A stretch of 57,592 nucleotides of DNA, the filler included, from Sphacelaria rigidula (taxonomy: Eukaryota): assembly GCA_964200075.2 (NCBI GenBank). It is 8 parts of 8 records of this genome, joined end to end, with 100 filler letters (N's around TTAATTAATTAA, not from the genome) between each part and the next. Parts side by side here need not be neighbours in the genome. Positions count along the whole stretch, not along the records: positions 50,482 to 57,592 come from CAXNAA020016430.1; 7 more parts are not named here. One strand, written 5' to 3'. Positions within the stretch are counted from its first letter, which is position 1; each line of letters begins with the position of its first letter. The position numbers and the translations under genes were made by a program. The notes beneath the pieces are model-generated. The model was not told the DNA's origin and did no database searches. It saw only the letters and a program-made list of their open reading frames with translations. Shown piece after piece: positions 51,911 through 57,592 of the stretch.

Positions 51911-52280
51911 CTGAAGTGGAGAGTGGAGGTGAATGTAGCGGGGGAAGTGAACACCAAGTACGAAGCATTGAACTTTCCGGTTTCGAAGCGTGATGTTGCG
52001 GGGCCTGGTTCCGCTCGATTCTGGGCTGGTCTAGGCATTTGGGTCATGTGCAGTCGGGAAAAAAGTGACATTTGATTTGACAGTTCAAAAGGCGCAAGTA
52101 TTTACTTTCCGGCGCTAGAAGTGAGTTGCGAGCTGGGATCGCAAGAAATCAAACCAGAGCAGTTCAGGATGGAGTGGAGGTGGTCGCATCCAAGGACACA
52201 AAATCACGTCGCGAAGTATTTTTATCAAACAAAATGACCTAGGAGGGCATACAAACAAGTGATGCAGACGTATGCCATAC

Positions 52281-52358
52281 CTTCAGGTACGTCATGCGTT
52301 CTTCCCTCAACGCCGAGATCATGTTGTTTACACGGCGACAGAGGTCATTGCCCTCCGC
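52281..52358 (-). CDS. SEC24: Sec24 exon
   Basis: ccag|AEGNDLCRRVNNMISALREERMTYLK|gtatgg, phase 0/0, in phase with its neighbours. Confidence 0.85.
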
Positions 52359-53385
52359 CTGGATGAATACAGCAAAGCGGTAGTCGCAACATCAGAAGGA
52401 AAACAGGGGCAGGGGCAGTGTGAGCAGCAACACGGCACATGCTTCTCAGGCCAAATACGCCGACGATACGTAGTCGCAATAGGCCTGTACTTTACGCAAC
52501 AATTTTTTTTTGTCTGTTGTGGCTTTCGACAATATTTTGTACCAAGTTTATTTTCATTTTTATTGTTGTATCGTATCTTTGTGAATTGTTTCTGGGTCCG
52601 ATACATTTCGTGACTTTTCTTCTACCCTAGCTTGAGGTAGTTAGCCTGTGACCACGGAAGGCGTTCGCATCATATGCCCAGTACAGAGTACTACACAGAT
52701 ATCGGAACGGTTTTCAAAGTGAAGACAACAACAAGGTGTGGAACATCCAAGATGGTGGACTGGGGAATATAGAGTTCAAGTCAGCGACATAAATCAGCGT
52801 GATCCTGCCGTACGTTCTAAGCGCCACGCCGTATCGTACTATATACTTGCTCACTTGATAGATTGCACGACCACTTACATTGCCAATTCTATATCGCTTG
52901 TTCCCATTATGAGACCCACGAAAGATGCACGTACCTGTTGCACTTTAGCCTCGTCCGAACGATGAAAATTGAGAGTAGTCACAACGGCATTTTCATTTCT
53001 TTTGTGTCTAGAAAACGGGGCCTCACCCACTTAAACAGACCATAATGGCGATGCCAATACACACTCTGCCGTCGCCAGCCGCGCTCCATCAACTTCACTC
53101 GCTGGTTTTTCTTCAATTTTCGCTGCTGCGGAATAGCTTTTCGATGCAGGCCATAGGCATGACTAGACAGGAAACCACAAACTTTCGATACGCAATGGTT
53201 GACAAAAAAAAGATACTCAGAAATTCGACACCTTGCAATACTGGAACAGCCACACGTCGACCGTGTCGTACGCTCTTGTTCCTTTTCAATAGTGGTGGGC
53301 AGCCACGGCTACCCCAACAGGGGGGGGGGGGCTGAGGTCACCGTACATGAGTCAATGTTTCATGTGTAACCAGTACCCTACTTTA

Positions 53386-53535
53386 CAGGCTGGTTCAGGG
53401 TTAAAGCCCACAATTTTATCTCCACTTCATACATAACGCAAAGCTGACTCGATAGAAACATATTTGGTATCGTATTGACCCCCCACTAGCAAGCGAATGG
53501 TGCTAAATTGCGGTGGTTCACCCTGAACCAGCCTG
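53386..53535. repeat. Intronic MITE-like element with a 16-bp inverted repeat
   Basis: caggctggttcagggt / accctgaaccagcctg. Confidence 0.7.
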
Positions 53536-54671
53536 CCTAATATCGGGAACTAGTGTTGGCCTCCGGATTCTGGATTCCGTTTTGCGAAAGACTTGTCCCA
53601 CATCCTCCTACTTCGTTTCTCTGCAGTCAATCGAAAAATTTGAATGAGCCGAACACAACGCTAGAAATTGGATGATCCATCAACAAGTGGCGCCTTACAT
53701 CTTCCACACAACCATCACGAAACGCCCACAAACAGTACGCGTAGAGACATGTAGGCTTCTACACGCCAGCGCGCACGATAGCTGCGAGCTACACCGATCA
53801 TTACACTGCAAGGGATTGCTCAATTTCCAACCTTGTGTGCCTTACATATGGATTGATTTGCACGACTCGATTGCATTTTATTCGCACCTCTTGGATCACA
53901 AGTCTTGGCAACGTTTGTACGCATCGCACACACACACACATACATCTAAAACCACATGGTCGTATCACACGGACAGCTGATGCATGCTTGCGTGTTCTGA
54001 GACAAGACTGGGGGTGAGCAGCACGACTCAGCGCCCCTAACGCTGCCCACAAAAAGCTACGCCAGTGCCACTATGTCGGGTATGAAGCACCTATGTAACA
54101 TCGGGTGTGATGCGCTCTGTAATGTCATGTTTATCGCGTGCAATTCAGCTGTATGGGTGGAAGCACAAAACTTTACCGCGTGTTTTCTGGTCTCCAGGCA
54201 ATTCCATCACAATCGACTTTTCGGTGTCGGCACCTTCTGACATGTGTGTGCATGTGCATTCTACACTTGCAATAATTGTGACCAAAGTAGGTCAAAAGCC
54301 ACAATGCGACACGTTCTTTTTATAAAATCTCTAGGTAAGTACAACGTGGAATCGCGCACGACTTGCTCACCTGTGCGCGCCACAACCTACTGCAGAACAT
54401 ACTGCCGGCGAAGATTTCGATGACTTCGACCGTCCAGGTGTGCCCATTTCTCGCATCGGCATCGTTTTCACTTGAAACGCTTCAGTCTCGAGTCTTGGGC
54501 CGCGCAAAGAACCAACTTTCCGCGGGCAAATCCGCCTTTCGGAACAATATCACCGTGTGTACATCAAAACCGGTACCTGTGACGTCGCGACTCGAGTTTC
54601 TCCCCTGTGTTAGCATCAACCTCGTTAGTGCCCGATCCAGCATGGAACCTCGATGCTTGTGTAACGATCAC

Positions 54672-54816
54672 CTGAATCTGAATCAAGTTCAAGTCTTGGC
54701 CCTCCAGAGACGCCACGCCGAAAAGCGCTGAAACCAGATCCGGGTCAGCGCCCCGCCCCACCCACAAGTACAGATCTATGCCGTTCTCCAAAAGGAATAC
54801 GCCGTCCGTTGAAAGC
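54672..54816 (-). CDS. SEC24: Sec24 exon, gelsolin-like domain
   Basis: acag|(R)LSTDGVFLLENGIDLYLWVGRGADPDLVSALFGVASLEGQDLNLIQIQ|gtgatc. Confidence 0.92.
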
Positions 54817-55688
54817 CTGTTCATCAAACGTTTTGCATACCAACACAAGAGCGACGGGGGCCGCGATGATGTTCAGAGGACGAACAAACTAGAAGCCAAG
54901 AGACGAAAAAAAGAGACACAAGCCCGGTAGTCGGAAAAAAAAGGTGGGGGCGACCAAAGAAACCAAAGGCGGGCGGACACATCGAACACATAGGGGTCAC
55001 GGAAACAGACACACACAAGACGCCTCGTCCTTCGACGCCACAGCTGCACATGCCTACGCTTCATATTTTCAGTACCTTCCGCGTATATCGTAAAACGATG
55101 TGATTTGTCATGCTGCTGTACGTACCGTCACAACCCTCGAGGTATGTGACACGGTGACCTGGTGACATCGCGCGCATGGCATGTTGACATCATCTGTATG
55201 AAACTCTTGTGAGAGGGGCGGTTATACTGATTCGCGACCGGCAGCGAATGTAGTGGTTTGCCACCACGGGAGCAGGCTTGTTTCACGGGTAAATAGCAGA
55301 CCCACAAAATTCACGCCATCTTGGTTTGACGTCCGTTGCCTACACGGGAAAGGTATCGACCTGCACGTTTACTTGCATGTTCATCATGTTTTACCTCATG
55401 CACAACTCTTGGTCCCCTGCTGCACTCATCCACGTTTCACTCGGGGGAAACCCGCGGCAAGCTTTTACCTCCACCATGTTTCGAGTGCTCAAGTTCAGTG
55501 TAGTTAACGACTGTTTGACTTCGGCGTGCAAAACCGAATCTTGTTCTTCGTACCATGTACAGTGAGTACTTCGATGTATAATAGTACAAGTACAAAGGTG
55601 GCTGATTCGGCTTGCCTCTACTGCCTTGGTGGGGAATCAAGCAGGTCCGAGAGAAGAAGAAGAACAAGGCAAGCACAATTGGGTTCAC

Positions 55689-55814
55689 CTTTCAGCGGAG
55701 AGGTTGGCGACAGGCGGGAGCTTAATCGCATCGTTCCCAGCTGTGGGTACATCCTCGTCCGAACTGGCGATGTTCGACAACTGCAGTCCCGCATCCTCGT
55801 CCATCTCGTGCAGT
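55689..55814 (-). CDS. SEC24: Sec24 exon, linker between the helical and gelsolin-like domains
   Basis: ttttcag|xLHEMDEDAGLQ...IKLPPVANLSAE(R)|gtgaac; phase 2/2 joins 54816 in frame. Confidence 0.85.
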
Positions 55815-56594
55815 CTGAAAAGAAAACAAACGTGTACGTGATCAAGATACTAGATGGGTGATGACCAGGGGTAGGATGTGTTGCCTGTGGTTGTAGCAGA
55901 CAAAACAAATAGGAGAGAGGTAAAACACCTCATTAGCCCTTCGGGAACCCTCTCCCTTCGTCCCCGGGTCAGACGCCCCTTCGCTTCAAGCCCTGAAATA
56001 CGAGCTGGGCCCGCCTAAAAACGGATTGAAGCTCTTAAAGCAATATCTCATCGACACAGACGAGTTGGGCCGTGATCCGGATATCGTATTAATCTTCTAA
56101 TCAAGGGCAAGATGCCCATCTGCTCCAATATCTGGGCCAACATTTTCCCGTTGAATATACTTGACGTATGGTAATTCCTACACCGTACGGCGATAGCGTC
56201 CAGGCTAAAATCTATATGAAACCCCGAGCGATACTCACAGCGGATGGTGACGATTTTTGGTGTGGACCTTTCCTGGAGCACGGGTAGATAATGAATACCC
56301 TCACCTTCACCTAATTCGTGATCTATCTCGAGATATGGCGCACATAATTATCCATACTAAAATACAACATGTTACGAACAGAGGCACAAGATGCCCTAAA
56401 TCTGGATATCGTGTCACAGTTTTTGAGAGTTGTGCTATGAAATTTGGTATGGAGAACTGCTAGTACGTGATGAAATAAAAAGAAAAGCTCTTCACCTTTT
56501 CTCGATTTGTTTTCGTGTTTATGGGGGAGTTTTGATGAGAAAGAAACACTGCATACGTCGGACGAGTCATCACTCGTGGATGTTCTTCGAAAAC

Positions 56595-57360
56595 ACAACG
56601 AGCATGACTCGTGCGCTCGAGTCATTACTTTTTTTTACAACGAGCAATGGCTCGTGTGCTCGGGCTATCACCTTTTCCCACAACGAGCGATGACTCGAGT
56701 GCTCGCCCTATTCATTTTTCGGCCAACGAGCAGCTCAACGAGTGCGAGTGCCACGAGTGACACTCGTGCTCGTCCGACGTTTGGAATATTTCGGTGATTA
56801 CCTCACTCCCACTTCGGCCATGTGCTGTGGATTATTTGACGATCTCACCGCCTGATGTGTATGGAAATGTACTACACTCTAGACAAGAGCTTTCTACAGT
56901 CAGTACTCGTATACAATTAAGACAGCATGTACTGTGCACAGTATGGAAGCTATTGCCTTATGCAACGTGCACAGTAATCGTACAAAAGTGGCAACTGCGC
57001 GCAATATGACTTCGAGACAGTGTAGAAATCTCCACGCGGTATGAGTTGTTACAGCCGGCTTGCGCCCCATAGCGGCTGTGCTACCATACAGCTCCGCTCA
57101 AGATACAGGCAGGAATTATAGCGGGAAAGGCGACCTATTACTCTTGCGTGCGCCACCTAGGGCGAATGCACACTTAGCTGCAATACCGACCGCTGTACAG
57201 CAATGACTCGAGTGCTTGCCCCATTCATTTTTTGAACAACGAGCAATGACTCGAATGCTCGACCTGACTCGAGTGCTCGCCCTATTCGTTTTTTGCACAA
57301 CGAGCAGCCCAACGAGTGCGAGTGCCACGAGTGACACTCGTGCTCGCCCGACGTATGAAA
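56595..57360. repeat. Two copies (56595-56785, 57200-57360) of the GACTCGAGTGCTCG repeat family
   Basis: Shared caacgagcagc.caacgagtgcgagtgccacgagtgacactcgtgctcg.ccgacgt. Confidence 0.85.
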
Positions 57361-57592
57361 CACTGCTCTTGGGCCTACATCTCAATTCTTAGAATTGTGG
57401 CTTTAAACGTAGCATAGAGAACCACAGATGTATGCTGAATAAAAAAAGTAATGGGCCTTTATTTTTATTTTTATTTTTATTTATTTTGGGGGGGGGGCGT
57501 ACTGATTTGATGCTTGCCTTAGTCGTGTGACCATTCACCATGCATCCCTTTCGAGACGGAGTACCGTTACTACTCCTAATGGTGCTTACTTT

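Overview
Repeat-rich, intron-rich eukaryotic DNA. A brown alga/stramenopile origin is an inference from gene structure and repeat style, not a database result. The window is not one locus: it is eight contigs (7113, 7112, 7112, 7111, 7111, 7111, 7111, 7111 nt) sorted by length and joined by 100-nt N spacers containing TTAATTAATTAA, so nothing can be linked across gaps. Host genes that I can support: two in-phase exons of the BRCA2 DNA-binding domain (contig 1), one PRMT-type SAM-binding micro-exon (contig 5), one large orphan exon (contig 6) and the last four exons of Sec24 (contig 8). Most of the rest is mobile or repetitive DNA. It includes a 6.2-kb tandem array of about 62-nt units with a conserved core, variable segments and higher-order repeats, and a TIR-bounded 5.15-kb intron-containing pogo-like transposon with a zinc finger, a DD36D core, an unassigned C-terminal domain and an extra ORF. 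There are also Copia, Gypsy and LINE relics, tRNA-derived SINEs, a 1.1-kb foldback, and two MITE families with apparent 4-bp target-site duplications, one of which carries (CCCTAA)n. No intact novel enzyme system is evident. The array and the multi-domain pogo element are the best leads.
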